A DNA stretch of 61,775 nt, filler included. It is 3 parts of 3 records of this genome, joined end to end, with 100 filler letters (N's around TTAATTAATTAA, not from the genome) between each part and the next. Parts side by side here need not be neighbours in the genome. Positions count along the whole stretch, not along the records: positions 30,659 to 51,533 come from SRR22947727_1655; 2 more parts are not named here. The stretch is one strand, 5' to 3'. The notes beneath the pieces were generated by a model. It was not told where the DNA came from. It worked only from the letters and a program-made list of their open reading frames with translations, and searched no databases. This document shows positions 38,764-49,311 of the stretch, in pieces. A program made the position numbers and the translations under genes. Positions within the stretch are counted from its first letter, which is position 1; the number at the start of each line of letters is the position of its first letter.

Positions 38764-40803
38764 TTAGGGGCTTTCTTGCAAAACTTCCAGAAAAGCCTCG
38801 CCAAAGCGTTGATGACGCTTTTCTCCCAAGAGCTGTTTGAGCGCCTCTGGATTAGACCCGGGCAGCTTCGCCACCTTCGCTAATAATGCGGCAGAACAAC
38901 TGAGCGGTTTCTCAATCCCGCTTTCGCCACGCGCCAAATTGGCCTGCACTGCCAAAAGGCGATCAAATACAGCGCCATTTTGTCGCCCCGCCAATTTACG
39001 CCTCTGCGGGTGCATATGCGCCGCCTCTCCCGCAATGACCTGCAAGAAATCTTGCCCAAAACGATCCAGCTTTTTGGTGCCAATGCCACTAATCCGCGCC
39101 ATATCATCCAGCGAAGCTGGCCGGGTTTCCGCCATTTCAATCAGCGTTTTATCGTTGAAAATGATATAGGCAGGTACATGCGCAGCCTCGGCCAAAGCGC
39201 GGCGTTTGGCCTTTAAGGCCGAGAGCAAAGGCGCATCATCTTCGCTGACCAACGCTTTAACGCGCCGTGCGGGCAGCGCCGATTTCACCGTATCTGCACG
39301 CAAGGTGAGGCTGGCCTCGCCGCGCAACAGCGGCAAGGCGGCATCTGTCATCCGTAAAGCACCATGGCGGCTGCTATCGGGGCGGATCAAATCATGACCC
39401 ATCATCTGGCGAAATATTGCCTGCCATTGGGATTTTGAAAACTCTTTGCCGACGCCAAACGTGCTCAGGGATTCATGCCCATGGGCGCATATTTTATCCG
39501 TCTTATTGCCCAATAAAATATCGATCACATGGCCTCCCCCGAAGCGCTCATCGCTGCGCAACATTGCCGATAGCGCTTTGCGCACCGCTTCAGTGGCCTC
39601 AAAACGATCCGGGGGTGCATCACAAAGATCACAATGACCGCACGGCTGCGTGGTTTCATCAAAATATGCCAACAATGTTTGGCGGCGGCAGATCAAAGCC
39701 TCTGCCAGGCCCAATAGCGCGTTCAATCGGCCATGATCCGCGGCGCGCCGCTCAACCGGGGCTAGCCCCTCATCTATCTGCGCGCGGCGCAGGCGAATAT
39801 CTTCAGGGCCATAAAGCGTAAGCGTTTCGGCCGGTCCGCCATCGCGGCCGGCGCGGCCAATTTCTTGATAATAGCTTTCGATTGATTTGGGCAAATCCGC
39901 ATGCGCCACCCAGCGGATATCGGGTTTATCCACCCCCATGCCAAACGCCACTGTCGCCACCACGATCAGCCCATCTTCATTTGCAAAGCGTCCCTCAACA
40001 ATGCGCCGATCTTCTGCCTCCATTCCGCCATGATAATAACACGCCCGATGCCCTGCCTCATTTAATGCTGCAGATAACGCTTGGGTTTTGGCCCGTGTAC
40101 CGCAATAGACGATGCCCGATTGGCCTTTGCGGGGGGCTACGAAATCTAAAATTTGCCGCCGCGGGCTGTCTTTTGCTGTAAAGGCCAAATGAATATTCGG
40201 CCGATCGAACCCGCGCAGAAACACCTGCGGCTGCGACCCGGCAAATAATCGTTCGATAATCTCCTGCTGCGTGTCGCGATCCGCGGTGGCGGTAAAGGCC
40301 GCAACGGGAACGTTCAACGTCCGGCGCAACTCACCAATTCGCAAATAATCTGGGCGAAAATCATGCCCCCATTGGCTTACACAATGCGCTTCATCTACCG
40401 CGATCAGCGCGATATTATAGCGCTTTAAAGCCGCTTGCATCGAAGTGGAAGCCAAACGTTCAGGGGCCAGATAAAGCAGCTTTAGCTGACCCGCCGCCAA
40501 CGCTTGAAATACGCTATCGGTTTCCTCTTGCGTGTGCCCCGATGTTAGCGCGCCCGCAGCCACGCCGGCCGCCTGCAATCCGCGCACCTGATCGCGCATT
40601 AAAGCGATCAACGGCGAGACCACCAAGGTAACGCCCTCGCGCAGCAAAGCGGGAATTTGAAAACATAAGGATTTACCGCCCCCCGTGGGCATGATGGCCA
40701 ACACATTATGCCCCTCGACCACTGCCTCAACCACGTCTTCCTGCCCGGGGCGAAACGCATCGAATCCAAACACATCGCTTAAAAGCGTTTGAGGGCTGGC
40801 CAT
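38764..40803 (-). CDS. recQ: DNA helicase RecQ
   Basis: MPTGGGKS, DEAHCVSQWGHDFRP, QEIGRAGRDG, Zn motif CGHCDLC, RQC and HRDC regions. Confidence 0.96.
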   Translation of the reverse strand: MASPQTLLSDVFGFDAFRPGQEDVVEAVVEGHNVLAIMPTGGGKSLCFQIPALLREGVTLVVSPLIALMRDQVRGLQAAGVAAGALTSGHTQEETDSVFQALAAGQLKLLYLAPERLASTSMQAALKRYNIALIAVDEAHCVSQWGHDFRPDYLRIGELRRTLNVPVAAFTATADRDTQQEIIERLFAGSQPQVFLRGFDRPNIHLAFTAKDSPRRQILDFVAPRKGQSGIVYCGTRAKTQALSAALNEAGHRACYYHGGMEAEDRRIVEGRFANEDGLIVVATVAFGMGVDKPDIRWVAHADLPKSIESYYQEIGRAGRDGGPAETLTLYGPEDIRLRRAQIDEGLAPVERRAADHGRLNALLGLAEALICRRQTLLAYFDETTQPCGHCDLCDAPPDRFEATEAVRKALSAMLRSDERFGGGHVIDILLGNKTDKICAHGHESLSTFGVGKEFSKSQWQAIFRQMMGHDLIRPDSSRHGALRMTDAALPLLRGEASLTLRADTVKSALPARRVKALVSEDDAPLLSALKAKRRALAEAAHVPAYIIFNDKTLIEMAETRPASLDDMARISGIGTKKLDRFGQDFLQVIAGEAAHMHPQRRKLAGRQNGAVFDRLLAVQANLARGESGIEKPLSCSAALLAKVAKLPGSNPEALKQLLGEKRHQRFGEAFLEVLQESP

Positions 40804-40874
40804 TCATCACCTGCAATTTGGGGCGGGGCTGCGCGTTTCAAGCGTTGCCAGAGCGCGGGTTTAAAGGGCTGCCA

Positions 40875-41159
40875 TTAGCGCAGTAAAAGCTCAGGAAGAA
40901 TGTAATCACGTAAAGAAATGATGATTACAAAGGCCACCAAAGGCGCCAGATCCAACGGGTTGGTATTGGGTAAAACCCGGCGTAAAGGCTGATAAATAGG
41001 CTCTAACAAGCGGTTTATCCCCTGCCAAATCTGCGCCACCATTGGCTGGTGCAAATTCAAAACCTGAAAATTGATCAACCAGCTCATGATAATATGCACA
41101 ATCATGATGAAAAACGCGATATCCAAGATCAGCCGCAGAGGTCCATATATTGCCATCAT
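40875..41159 (-). CDS. yggT: YggT family membrane protein
   Basis: IMSWL, EPIYQPLRRVLP, LDLAPLV. Confidence 0.9.
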   Translation of the reverse strand: MMAIYGPLRLILDIAFFIMIVHIIMSWLINFQVLNLHQPMVAQIWQGINRLLEPIYQPLRRVLPNTNPLDLAPLVAFVIIISLRDYILPELLLR

Positions 41160-41242
41160 TATTTTGAGTTCCCGTTATTTCTAGTAAACTACCTAGTGAA
41201 GCGGATGCCAAAGAACAAGGCTGGCCAGAAGTTTCTGACAAA

Positions 41243-41677
41243 TTAATCCCCGTCAAATTCGGCTTTTGATGGCCGCCCACGATTGCTTTTCACCGCGCCT
41301 CGAATTTTTTTAGCCGCCAAGCGCCGGCGTTGACTGCCCAAAGTGGGTTTGGTGGCCACGCGCGGCTTGGGGCGCTGCAAAGCTTGCTGCAGCAAAGTCA
41401 CCAACCGGTTACGCACAATTTCTCTATTTCGGGCCTGATGGCGTGTTTCATCACATTGCAAGATAAGCGCACCATCTTTGGTCCAGCGCCGCCCAGCCAA
41501 TCGCTGCAAGCGCGCTTTAACCGGATCGCTCAGAGCCGGAGAACGCGCCGCTTCAAAGCGCAACTCAACCGCCGAGCTGACCTTATTCACGTTTTGACCA
41601 CCCGGGCCAGAGGCGCGCATGAACTGCTCGCTTAGCTCCCATTCCTCGATGATAATTTTATCCGATACGCGCAGCAT
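41243..41677 (-). CDS. arfB: Alternative ribosome rescue aminoacyl-tRNA hydrolase ArfB (YaeJ)
   Basis: RASGPGGQNVNKV; basic tail TKPTLGSQRRRLAAKK. Confidence 0.95.
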   Translation of the reverse strand: MLRVSDKIIIEEWELSEQFMRASGPGGQNVNKVSSAVELRFEAARSPALSDPVKARLQRLAGRRWTKDGALILQCDETRHQARNREIVRNRLVTLLQQALQRPKPRVATKPTLGSQRRRLAAKKIRGAVKSNRGRPSKAEFDGD

Positions 41678-41724
41678 GATTTGCCTTTTGAAGTGAAGTG
41701 AACCGCAATCCCTTTTTTAAGACC

Positions 41725-41754
41725 AAAAAGGGCCGCTTGAAACAAGCGACCCTT
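41725..41754 (-). terminator. Intrinsic terminator upstream of arfB
   Basis: Minus strand AAGGGTCGCTTG-ttt-CAAGCGGCCCTTTTT. Confidence 0.8.
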
Positions 41755-41822
41755 CGAGACTTACGGAGGTGGGCCGGTTAGGCAGCCACCAATTCAGTTG
41801 ATCCTGCGATCAAGGGTTGCCT

Positions 41823-41879
41823 TCAGACGCGGCTCTCCTGAACTGTTCCGACACCTCTCTCCAATACCTCTCTAGACAC
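41823..41879 (-). CDS. Putative 18-aa small protein MSREVLERGVGTVQESRV
   Basis: GTG start directly after GAAAGGAGGTGGTCC; 19 codons including TGA. Confidence 0.5.
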   Translation of the reverse strand: MSREVLERGVGTVQESRV

Positions 41880-41915
41880 TGGACCACCTCCTTTCACATT
41901 GTTGAACTCATCCTT

Positions 41916-41943
41916 ACCGTGGCAGAGTTTACAGCTTTGTCAA
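41916..41943 (-). promoter_or_regulatory. Putative sigma70 promoter
   Basis: Perfect TTGACA, 16-bp spacer, degenerate -10 CACGGT. Confidence 0.5.
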
Positions 41944-42016
41944 ACAAATCTTTGCAGGGAAAATAAGCTTTTTCAGGCCTAGGTGAAAAATCCAGCAGAT
42001 AGACCGACACCGCGCA

Positions 42017-42937
42017 TTACTTTGCGTTTAACACATTGCGGCATTGGCCGGGCAAATCAGCCAATTGCAACACCCGCTTCGGCTTTGGACGCGCCTTTGG
42101 ACGCGGCGGGCCCGGCGGCTTTGGCTTGAGCTTGGGGGGATTGAGAATTCGAGCCACCCATTTCTCGGCCTCTTTACAACCATCGCCTTTCGGAGGTGGA
42201 GGCTGGTTTACGCAGCCCTGCAAGCCCGCCGGGCATTTCAGGCGCACGTGAAAATGGGAATGATGGCCCCACCAGGGGCGGATTTTACGCAACCAAGCGC
42301 GATCCCCGCTTGCCTGTTTGCACATTTTTACCTTAGCCCCGGGAAATATAAAAATCCGCGCAACACGCGGGTCTTGCGCGGCATATTTCAAAAGCTGAAA
42401 ATGCTGACCGGTCCATTTGTCATTTATATAGGCGCCTTTCGCGCGGCGCAGCGATGTTGACGAAATTTCTTCTCGCCGCGCGCGACTAAGCGATAAATCA
42501 TCCGCGCGGCGCAACCATATATCCACATCCAGACCAATTTGATGGCTGGCATGCCCGCTTAGCATTGGCCCCCCGCGTGGCTGTGATATATCGCCAATAT
42601 AAAGGCCGTTCCAACCGCGCAAATTACTGGCGCGCTGCGACAGTTTTTGAATGTAATTTATCGTCTCAGGGTGACCCCAATTGCGATTTCGAGACAGGCG
42701 CATGGCTTGCCAGGTGGGTCCAGATTCTGTCAATTGATCGGCGCCCGCCAAACAGCCTTTGGCGTAGCTGCCAAACGCAGATGGGGTTTGATCCGATCCG
42801 GTTTGCGCGCTTCCAAATAAGTTTTTTGCGGCTTTCGCCCCGACCTGAAGCACTGATCCGGCTAAAATACCACAAAACAGCAGCAAAAAGAGCGATGCAC
42901 TATGCCAGAAACGGATCACCGATGCCCCCCTAGTCAA
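42017..42937 (-). CDS. mepA: Penicillin-insensitive murein endopeptidase
   Basis: GSYAKGCLAG, RNRNWGHP, GDISQPRGG, GHASHQIGLDVD, GHHSHFHVRL. Confidence 0.93.
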   Translation of the reverse strand: MTRGASVIRFWHSASLFLLLFCGILAGSVLQVGAKAAKNLFGSAQTGSDQTPSAFGSYAKGCLAGADQLTESGPTWQAMRLSRNRNWGHPETINYIQKLSQRASNLRGWNGLYIGDISQPRGGPMLSGHASHQIGLDVDIWLRRADDLSLSRARREEISSTSLRRAKGAYINDKWTGQHFQLLKYAAQDPRVARIFIFPGAKVKMCKQASGDRAWLRKIRPWWGHHSHFHVRLKCPAGLQGCVNQPPPPKGDGCKEAEKWVARILNPPKLKPKPPGPPRPKARPKPKRVLQLADLPGQCRNVLNAK

Positions 42938-42949
42938 GTTCGCAGCGGG

Positions 42950-44323
42950 TTAGGCTATCTCACCGCTTTCTTGATCGCCATCCTTATTCACCCATCGTAG
43001 CAAAATAAGACCAATGATGAAAAGAAAAATCAGTGGCGAAACCCCCAGCCGGGGGCTTTCGGTCAACCAAGTAACCACGCCAATCAACGCGGGCGCCAAA
43101 AAGGCGGTAGCCCGCCCCATCAACCCATAAAGCCCAAAGCCTTCGGTGGCGCGTTCGGGGCTTGTGTGGCGTACCATCATCGTGCGGCTGGCCGATTGCA
43201 AAACCCCGCCAATGCCCCCAATCACCACACCGCAGCTCATAAACACCAAATCGGGCAGCGCAGATCCAGCCGCCAGCGGCACCCCAAAAAACATCTCACG
43301 GCTCATATTAACCACGGTGATACAGACTAAAATCAAAATTAAAATTGCCAGCGTAATAACCGGTTTGGGCCCGTATTTGCGATCGACGAAGCCACCCAGC
43401 CAACAAAAAACGGCCGCGGAAAGGCCTGCAACGATACCAAAAGCACCCAAACTGCTGATGCCCCAATCCAAAACCAAGACCGCGTAAATACCCCCGAAAC
43501 TGTAGAGCCCGTTCAATGCATCGCGATAAAACATCGAAGAGAGTAAATAAAGCGAAAAGCTTTTGCGGGTCTTTAAGCTTAAAAGAGAACGCCGCAAGCT
43601 GCTTAAACCGGCGCGAATGCGTATAAGCGATTTTTCACCCGGATCCTCCTTAACCCACAAAAAATAGGGAATGATCAACACCAAAAACCAAAGCGCAACG
43701 AAGGGTCCAACGCTGCGTGTGCCTTCTTTTTGCGCCGCATCCAACCCAAATAAAGGGTCTAATTCCAAGAAAATCGTTTTGCCATTCTCTTGCTCGACGA
43801 AAAGCAACAGCATGATCATCAACGACACAATTCCCCCGAAATATCCAAAGGCAAACCCATCCCCAGAAATCTTACCAATCTCATCGCGTTTGCCCAAGGA
43901 AGGCAATTGCGCATTGGTAAAAATATAGGCGAATTCGGCGCCTATGAAGCCGATCCCAAACGCCCCCAACATCCAGAGCATGTTCGAGCCATCAGGCAGC
44001 GTCCACCAAAGGCTATAAGAGCCCAAGACATAAAGGAGCGCAAAACCAACGATCCAGATGATGCGTCGGCCAGAGGTATCGGCAATCGCCCCTAAAACGG
44101 GGGCCCCAAAGCCAATGATTAAACCCGTTATAGTCAAACACAGGGACCAGAGGCTTTGCGCTTGTGCATCTGCCTGCGTTCCGGAAACCCCCGCTGACAG
44201 GTAATATTCCGCCGCAACCGAAGCGAAATACGGCCCAAAAATAAAGGTTAGCAGCAACGTATTATAAGGTTGGGTGGCCAAATCGAAAAAATACCAGCCC
44301 CAGATCCGTTTGCGCGCGCTCAT
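42950..44323 (-). CDS. MFS transporter (UMF1/BtlA-like)
   Basis: WYFFDLA, GAIADTSGRR, SG.GFAFGY.GG, YRDALN, QSASRT; about 12 TM helices. Confidence 0.88.
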   Translation of the reverse strand: MSARKRIWGWYFFDLATQPYNTLLLTFIFGPYFASVAAEYYLSAGVSGTQADAQAQSLWSLCLTITGLIIGFGAPVLGAIADTSGRRIIWIVGFALLYVLGSYSLWWTLPDGSNMLWMLGAFGIGFIGAEFAYIFTNAQLPSLGKRDEIGKISGDGFAFGYFGGIVSLMIMLLLFVEQENGKTIFLELDPLFGLDAAQKEGTRSVGPFVALWFLVLIIPYFLWVKEDPGEKSLIRIRAGLSSLRRSLLSLKTRKSFSLYLLSSMFYRDALNGLYSFGGIYAVLVLDWGISSLGAFGIVAGLSAAVFCWLGGFVDRKYGPKPVITLAILILILVCITVVNMSREMFFGVPLAAGSALPDLVFMSCGVVIGGIGGVLQSASRTMMVRHTSPERATEGFGLYGLMGRATAFLAPALIGVVTWLTESPRLGVSPLIFLFIIGLILLRWVNKDGDQESGEIA

Positions 44324-44443
44324 AATTCCCCCCCAGGCTTCATCCCCATAAGGCAGGCAAAAGCGATGAACATCAAGCAGACTTTTTAAAAACGCATATG
44401 TTCCGCGCCTTTAAAGGCAAATCGTTCCATTGCGCGCAACGTC

Positions 44444-45736
44444 CTAAACCAACACCTCAATCGGATTCTGGGCGCCCACGCCAAACACACGTTTGTAGCG
44501 CTTAATCTCGCTTTGAGGGCCCATCGCTTTGCGTGGATTGTCTGATAATTTGACCGTCGGCTTGCCGTCGGCTGAAACAGCTTTGCACACCAAAGAAAAT
44601 GAATCCAACCCTTCAGAAGGCACCAAACCTCTGAAGTCATTTGTAAAATGAGTGCCCCATCCAAAGGACACTTTCACCCGGCCGCTAAACTGGTGATGCA
44701 GTTTCTGGATCATCCCAGTATCCAGCCCATCCGAAAAAATAACCAGCTTTTGTCTGGGGTCTTCGCCGCGCTCTTGCCACCATTTGATCGCAATTTCTGC
44801 ACCACTTGCCGGATCACCACTATCGATACGTATGCCCGTCCACCCCGCCAAATAATCCGGCGCATTGCGCAAAAAACCTTCTGTGCCATAGGTATCGGGC
44901 AAAATAATTCTTAAATTCCCATCATGCTCATCCTGCCAATCCGACAGAACCTGATAGGGGGCCTGCGCCAAATCTGCATCGCTACGCGCCAAGGCCGAAT
45001 AGACCATCGGCAATTCATGCGCATTGGTGCCGATCGCCTCAATATCACGGCGCATGGCGATCAAACAGTTTGAGGTGCCGACGAATTTCTCACCCAAACC
45101 TTCCTGCATGGCTTGCACGCACCAATCCTGCCATAAAAAAGAATGCCGGCGGCGGGTGCCAAAATCTGCAATCCGCAAGGTCTCAATTTCGCGTAAAGTT
45201 TCGATTTTTTCCCATAATTTTGTTTTGGCGCGCGCGTATAGCACTTCCAACTCGAACCGACCCATTTTTTTCAACATAGCGCGGCCACGCAATTCCATCA
45301 GCGTCGCCAAAGCGGGTATTTCCCACAGCATAACTTCTGGCCAGCTGCCTTCAAATGTCAGCTCATATTGGCCGTCGCGTTTTTCCAAATGATAAGGGGG
45401 CAAGCGCAGCCCCTCGAACCACTCCATAAAATCTGGTCGAAACATATAGCGTTTGCCATAAAACGTATTGCCGCGCAGCCAAGTGCTTTCACCGCGCGTT
45501 AGGCGGAGCCCACGAATATGATCCAACTGCTCGCGCAATTCACCTTCATCGATCAAATCAGCAAGGCGCACCTGCGATGAGCGGTTGATCAAGCTGAACA
45601 CCACCGTGGTTTGGGGTTTGTTGCGCAGCACGGATTGGCACATCAGAAGTTTATAAAAATCCGTATCGATCAATGAGCGTACGATCGGGTCGATTTTCCA
45701 TTTGTGATTCCAGACGCGGGTGGCGATATCAACCAT
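44444..45736 (-). CDS. pncB: Nicotinate phosphoribosyltransferase
   Basis: [40 protein letters not shown]. Confidence 0.95.
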   Translation of the reverse strand: MVDIATRVWNHKWKIDPIVRSLIDTDFYKLLMCQSVLRNKPQTTVVFSLINRSSQVRLADLIDEGELREQLDHIRGLRLTRGESTWLRGNTFYGKRYMFRPDFMEWFEGLRLPPYHLEKRDGQYELTFEGSWPEVMLWEIPALATLMELRGRAMLKKMGRFELEVLYARAKTKLWEKIETLREIETLRIADFGTRRRHSFLWQDWCVQAMQEGLGEKFVGTSNCLIAMRRDIEAIGTNAHELPMVYSALARSDADLAQAPYQVLSDWQDEHDGNLRIILPDTYGTEGFLRNAPDYLAGWTGIRIDSGDPASGAEIAIKWWQERGEDPRQKLVIFSDGLDTGMIQKLHHQFSGRVKVSFGWGTHFTNDFRGLVPSEGLDSFSLVCKAVSADGKPTVKLSDNPRKAMGPQSEIKRYKRVFGVGAQNPIEVLV

Positions 45737-46337
45737 AATCAGCCTCCAATCGCACACCGGCATCGCGCATATCGCGTTGCGCTGCCGCCAATGAGCCGTT
45801 CACATCAATCCCGCGGCAGGCCCCCAATAAGACCCGCACGGAATATCCCAGTTTCGCGGCATCAACGGCCGAATAATTCACACAAAAATCGGTTGCCAGC
45901 CCAACCATGTCCAAAGCGCTAACGCCGCAATTTTGCAAATAACCATGCAAGCCAGTGGCGGTTACATGATCGTTTTCAAAAAACGCTGAATAGCTATCAA
46001 TCAAAGGATTGCTTCCTTTGCGCAGAATAAGCGCCGCCGCATCCTGATTGATATCCGCGTGAAGCTGCGCGCCAAAGGTGCCTTGCATACAATGATCCGG
46101 CCACAGCACTTGCGGGCCATATGGCATCTCAACCATATCCAGAGGCGCCTTACTGTTATGGCTGCTGGCAAAGCTGGAATGCCCCTTTGGGTGCCAGTCT
46201 TGCGTTAAAATCACCCGATCATATCCAACCATTAAGCCATTGATTGCAGGAATAATCTGATCACCTTCCGACACGGCCAACGCGCCGCCGGGGCAAAAAT
46301 CATTCTGGACATCAATCACCAAAAGCGTTTTTGACAT
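45729..46337 (-). CDS. pncA: Nicotinamidase/pyrazinamidase
   Basis: [38 protein letters not shown]. Confidence 0.95.
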   Translation of the reverse strand: MSKTLLVIDVQNDFCPGGALAVSEGDQIIPAINGLMVGYDRVILTQDWHPKGHSSFASSHNSKAPLDMVEMPYGPQVLWPDHCMQGTFGAQLHADINQDAAALILRKGSNPLIDSYSAFFENDHVTATGLHGYLQNCGVSALDMVGLATDFCVNYSAVDAAKLGYSVRVLLGACRGIDVNGSLAAAQRDMRDAGVRLEADYG

Positions 46338-46455
46338 GCTTTAGGCCCTTTCGTCGCGCCACATTACGGCACCACGAGTATAACAGCAGCGAAAGGTTTT
46401 CCACCCAACATCGGCAAGTTTTGCACCCTAAAGCCTTAATAAAGCAAGTTTGGCG

Positions 46456-47409
46456 TTAAGATCGGCGTTTGAGCAACAGGCTGATCCTTGGCGTGATGCC
46501 AATATCCATCCGGCTACGCGTGCTTAAAACTGGCTTTTGCGAGCTGTCTTTTCGGCGCCGCTCGCGCAGCAAAAGATATAGACCACTCAACACGATCACG
46601 GCTGAACCAAGCATCGTCATCCGGTCGGGAAATTCTTGAAACAAAACAATTCCATAGAGCGCCGCCCAAAGCATTTGTGAATAATGCATCGGGGCCACCA
46701 CCGCGGCCTCTCCAATGCGATAGGCTTTAATAATACAGAGCATCGCCAAGAAACCCAGCACCGCCATACAGCCCAACAAGCCAATATCTTCCAAAGCAAT
46801 TGGCGTATAGGAATAGGCCGCCAATGGACCCAGAACAATCAAATTGGCAAACATCGGATAAAGCATCAAAACAATCGTGCGTTCCTCATTGCCGATTTTA
46901 CGCACGATCAAAGATGAAAGCGCACCGCATAAGGCGGCGGTTAAGGCTGCAACATGGCCAAGAGTCAGCGCGGTGCTTGCCGGACGCAACACGATCAACA
47001 CCCCAACAAACCCCAAGATAACGGCTGCCCAGCGATGGGCACCAACTTGCTCTCCCAAAATCGGAATCGCCAAAACGGTGATCAGCAAGGGCATACAAAA
47101 CATCAATGCATAGGTTTGCGCCAGTGGCAAAACGGAAAAAGCATAAAACGCCGCCACCGCCGTAATCACCGTTGAACAGGTGCGCAGGAACACCCAGACC
47201 GGATGATGCGGCATTAGATTATCTTCATTGCGATCAGGCAGATGAAACAAAACCACAAGCGGAAAACTGAACAAAACCGAAAAGAAAATAATCTGGAACA
47301 CCGAATAAGTGTCACCCAGCATCTTCACGATCACGTCATGGCCTGAGAAAAGCGCAAAGCCAAGCAAGGCGAAAAGCGCCCCGGTGCGATTGGCGGATGT
47401 CTCTGACAT
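46456..47409 (-). CDS. DMT/EamA family transporter
   Basis: About 10 TM helices; LGEQVGAHRW..V..GFVGVLIVLRP. Confidence 0.88.
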   Translation of the reverse strand: MSETSANRTGALFALLGFALFSGHDVIVKMLGDTYSVFQIIFFSVLFSFPLVVLFHLPDRNEDNLMPHHPVWVFLRTCSTVITAVAAFYAFSVLPLAQTYALMFCMPLLITVLAIPILGEQVGAHRWAAVILGFVGVLIVLRPASTALTLGHVAALTAALCGALSSLIVRKIGNEERTIVLMLYPMFANLIVLGPLAAYSYTPIALEDIGLLGCMAVLGFLAMLCIIKAYRIGEAAVVAPMHYSQMLWAALYGIVLFQEFPDRMTMLGSAVIVLSGLYLLLRERRRKDSSQKPVLSTRSRMDIGITPRISLLLKRRS

Positions 47410-47490
47410 GGCACTCTCATTTCTGATGGGCGATTGGGTAAAACTCAGGTGCCGGAAACAGGCAAGGCGCATCCGCCTTGCCAAGGTGCT

Positions 47491-48597
47491 TTACAGGCTA
47501 GAGTCCAACGCTGCGATAATCGCATCACCCATTTCTGCGGTGGTGATCGGCGTGCCATCTTCGGGGCCCATCAGATCTGGTGTGCGCGCGCCTTGCGCCA
47601 AAACGGTTTCAATTGCTTGTTCCAACCGCGTCGCCTCCCCGCCCTGATCAAAGCTATAGCGCAACGCCATCGCAAAGCTTAGAATGCAAGCGATCGGATT
47701 GGCTTTGCCTTGACCGGCAATATCCGGCGCTGAGCCATGAACCGGCTCGTACAACGCTTTTGGACGTCCATTCGCCATCGGCAGGCCAAGGCTGGCCGAG
47801 GGCAACATACCCAAACTGCCAGTCAACATCGCCGCGGCATCCGACAGCAGATCCCCAAACAAGTTATCCGTGACAATCACGTCAAATTGTTTGGGCCAGC
47901 GGCACAGCTGCATAGCACCGGCATCGGCATACATATGGCTAAGCTCTACATCCGGATAATCCTCATCATGTACTTTCTGAACCACTTCGCGCCATAATAC
48001 GCCCGATTCCATGACATTGGCTTTTTCCATCGAACAGACTTTATTGCCGCGTTTTCGGGCCAATTCAAACGCACTGCGCGCTACCCGGTCAATCTCGCTT
48101 TCGGTATAGCGCTGCGTGTTGATGCCCACGCGCTCATTGCCTTCTTCAAAAATACCGCGCGGCTCTCCAAAATAAATCCCCGAGGTCAGCTCGCGAATGA
48201 TCATAATATCAAGGCCTGCTACCACATCTTTTTTCAAAGATGAAAAATCGGCCAAAGCATCAAAACATTGCGCGGGTCGCAAATTGGCAAAAAGATCCAT
48301 CTCTTTGCGCAAGCGCAACAAACCACGCTCGGGTTTCACGCTGAAATCCAGATCGTCATATTTTGGGCCACCAACCGCCCCCAGCAAAACCGCATCGACC
48401 TCTTGGGCTTTGGCCATCGTGTCATCATGCAGCGGCGTGCCATGCATATCATAGGCGCAGCCGCCCACCAAATCTTCAAACACGTCAAAAGGCAGAGCGC
48501 GCTTGGCCCCATACCAATCGATCACTTTGCGCACTTCGGTCATCACTTCTGGGCCAATACCATCGCCGGCCAAAATAAGAAGGGAGGGGTTTGTCAT
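47491..48597 (-). CDS. leuB: 3-isopropylmalate dehydrogenase
   Basis: [52 protein letters not shown]. Confidence 0.97.
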   Translation of the reverse strand: MTNPSLLILAGDGIGPEVMTEVRKVIDWYGAKRALPFDVFEDLVGGCAYDMHGTPLHDDTMAKAQEVDAVLLGAVGGPKYDDLDFSVKPERGLLRLRKEMDLFANLRPAQCFDALADFSSLKKDVVAGLDIMIIRELTSGIYFGEPRGIFEEGNERVGINTQRYTESEIDRVARSAFELARKRGNKVCSMEKANVMESGVLWREVVQKVHDEDYPDVELSHMYADAGAMQLCRWPKQFDVIVTDNLFGDLLSDAAAMLTGSLGMLPSASLGLPMANGRPKALYEPVHGSAPDIAGQGKANPIACILSFAMALRYSFDQGGEATRLEQAIETVLAQGARTPDLMGPEDGTPITTAEMGDAIIAALDSSL

Positions 48598-48705
48598 TTT
48601 CAAAGACTCCTTCGGAATATGTCATTTTGCAAAAACGGGCGCGTTGGAAAGAGGAGCACCCCCAGCTGCCACGCCCATTTGGTTTATGAGGTCAAAGCCG
48701 CCCGC

Positions 48706-49311
48706 TTACACCCAAGGGTGGCTTACTTGTAATTTGCTTTCATAGGCATCGATGGACGCAGCTTTTTCCATCGTCAGGCCGATATCGTCCAAACCGTTCA
48801 GCAGGCAATGCTTTTTGAACGCATCCACCTCGAAGGAAAAGGTTTCCCCATCCGAGGTTGTGACGGTCTGCGCTTCAAGATCAACCTCGATGCGCGCGTT
48901 TGAGCCTTTTTCAGCGTCTTTCATCAACACATCCACCTGCGCTTTTGGCAGCACAATCGGCAAAATACCATTTTTGAAGCAATTGTTGAAAAAGATATCG
49001 GCATAGCTTGTAGAAATCACGCAGCGGATCCCGAAATCTTTAATCGCCCATGGGGCATGTTCGCGGCTAGAGCCGCAGCCAAAATTATCGCCCGCCACCA
49101 ATATCTCCGTTTCACGATATTGCGGCTTGTTCAGCACAAAATCGGGGTTTTCGCTGCCATCATCCTGATAGCGCATTTCGTCAAACAGGTTCACACCCAA
49201 TCCCGAGCGCTTGATGGTTTTCAAAAAGACTTTCGGGATGATCATATCCGTATCGATATTGATCAAAGGCATGGGCGCGGCAATCCCACTGAGTTTTTCA
49301 AACTTATCCAT
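48706..49311 (-). CDS. leuD: 3-isopropylmalate dehydratase small subunit
   Basis: [31 protein letters not shown]. Confidence 0.97.
   Translation of the reverse strand: MDKFEKLSGIAAPMPLINIDTDMIIPKVFLKTIKRSGLGVNLFDEMRYQDDGSENPDFVLNKPQYRETEILVAGDNFGCGSSREHAPWAIKDFGIRCVISTSYADIFFNNCFKNGILPIVLPKAQVDVLMKDAEKGSNARIEVDLEAQTVTTSDGETFSFEVDAFKKHCLLNGLDDIGLTMEKAASIDAYESKLQVSHPWV

Larger units (their letters stand above)
41725..41909 (-). ncRNA. Putative structured small RNA / sORF-carrying transcript
   Basis: Own promoter and terminator, internal stem-loops and SD/anti-SD inverted repeat; ends are inferred. Confidence 0.6.

Noticed and set aside
41881-41895. GGACCACCTCCTTTC as a 16S rRNA fragment
   Set aside because: Similarity is limited to 15 nt with no flanking rRNA sequence; better explained as an SD on the minus strand
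41725-41909. tmRNA or 6S RNA
   Set aside because: No tRNA-like T-arm or acceptor end, the peptide lacks an Ala-Ala degron, and no long 6S-type rod was evident by eye
42075-42140. Pro/Lys-rich low-complexity stretch as a repeat element
   Set aside because: Coding linker near the MepA C-terminus; no DNA-level repeat unit
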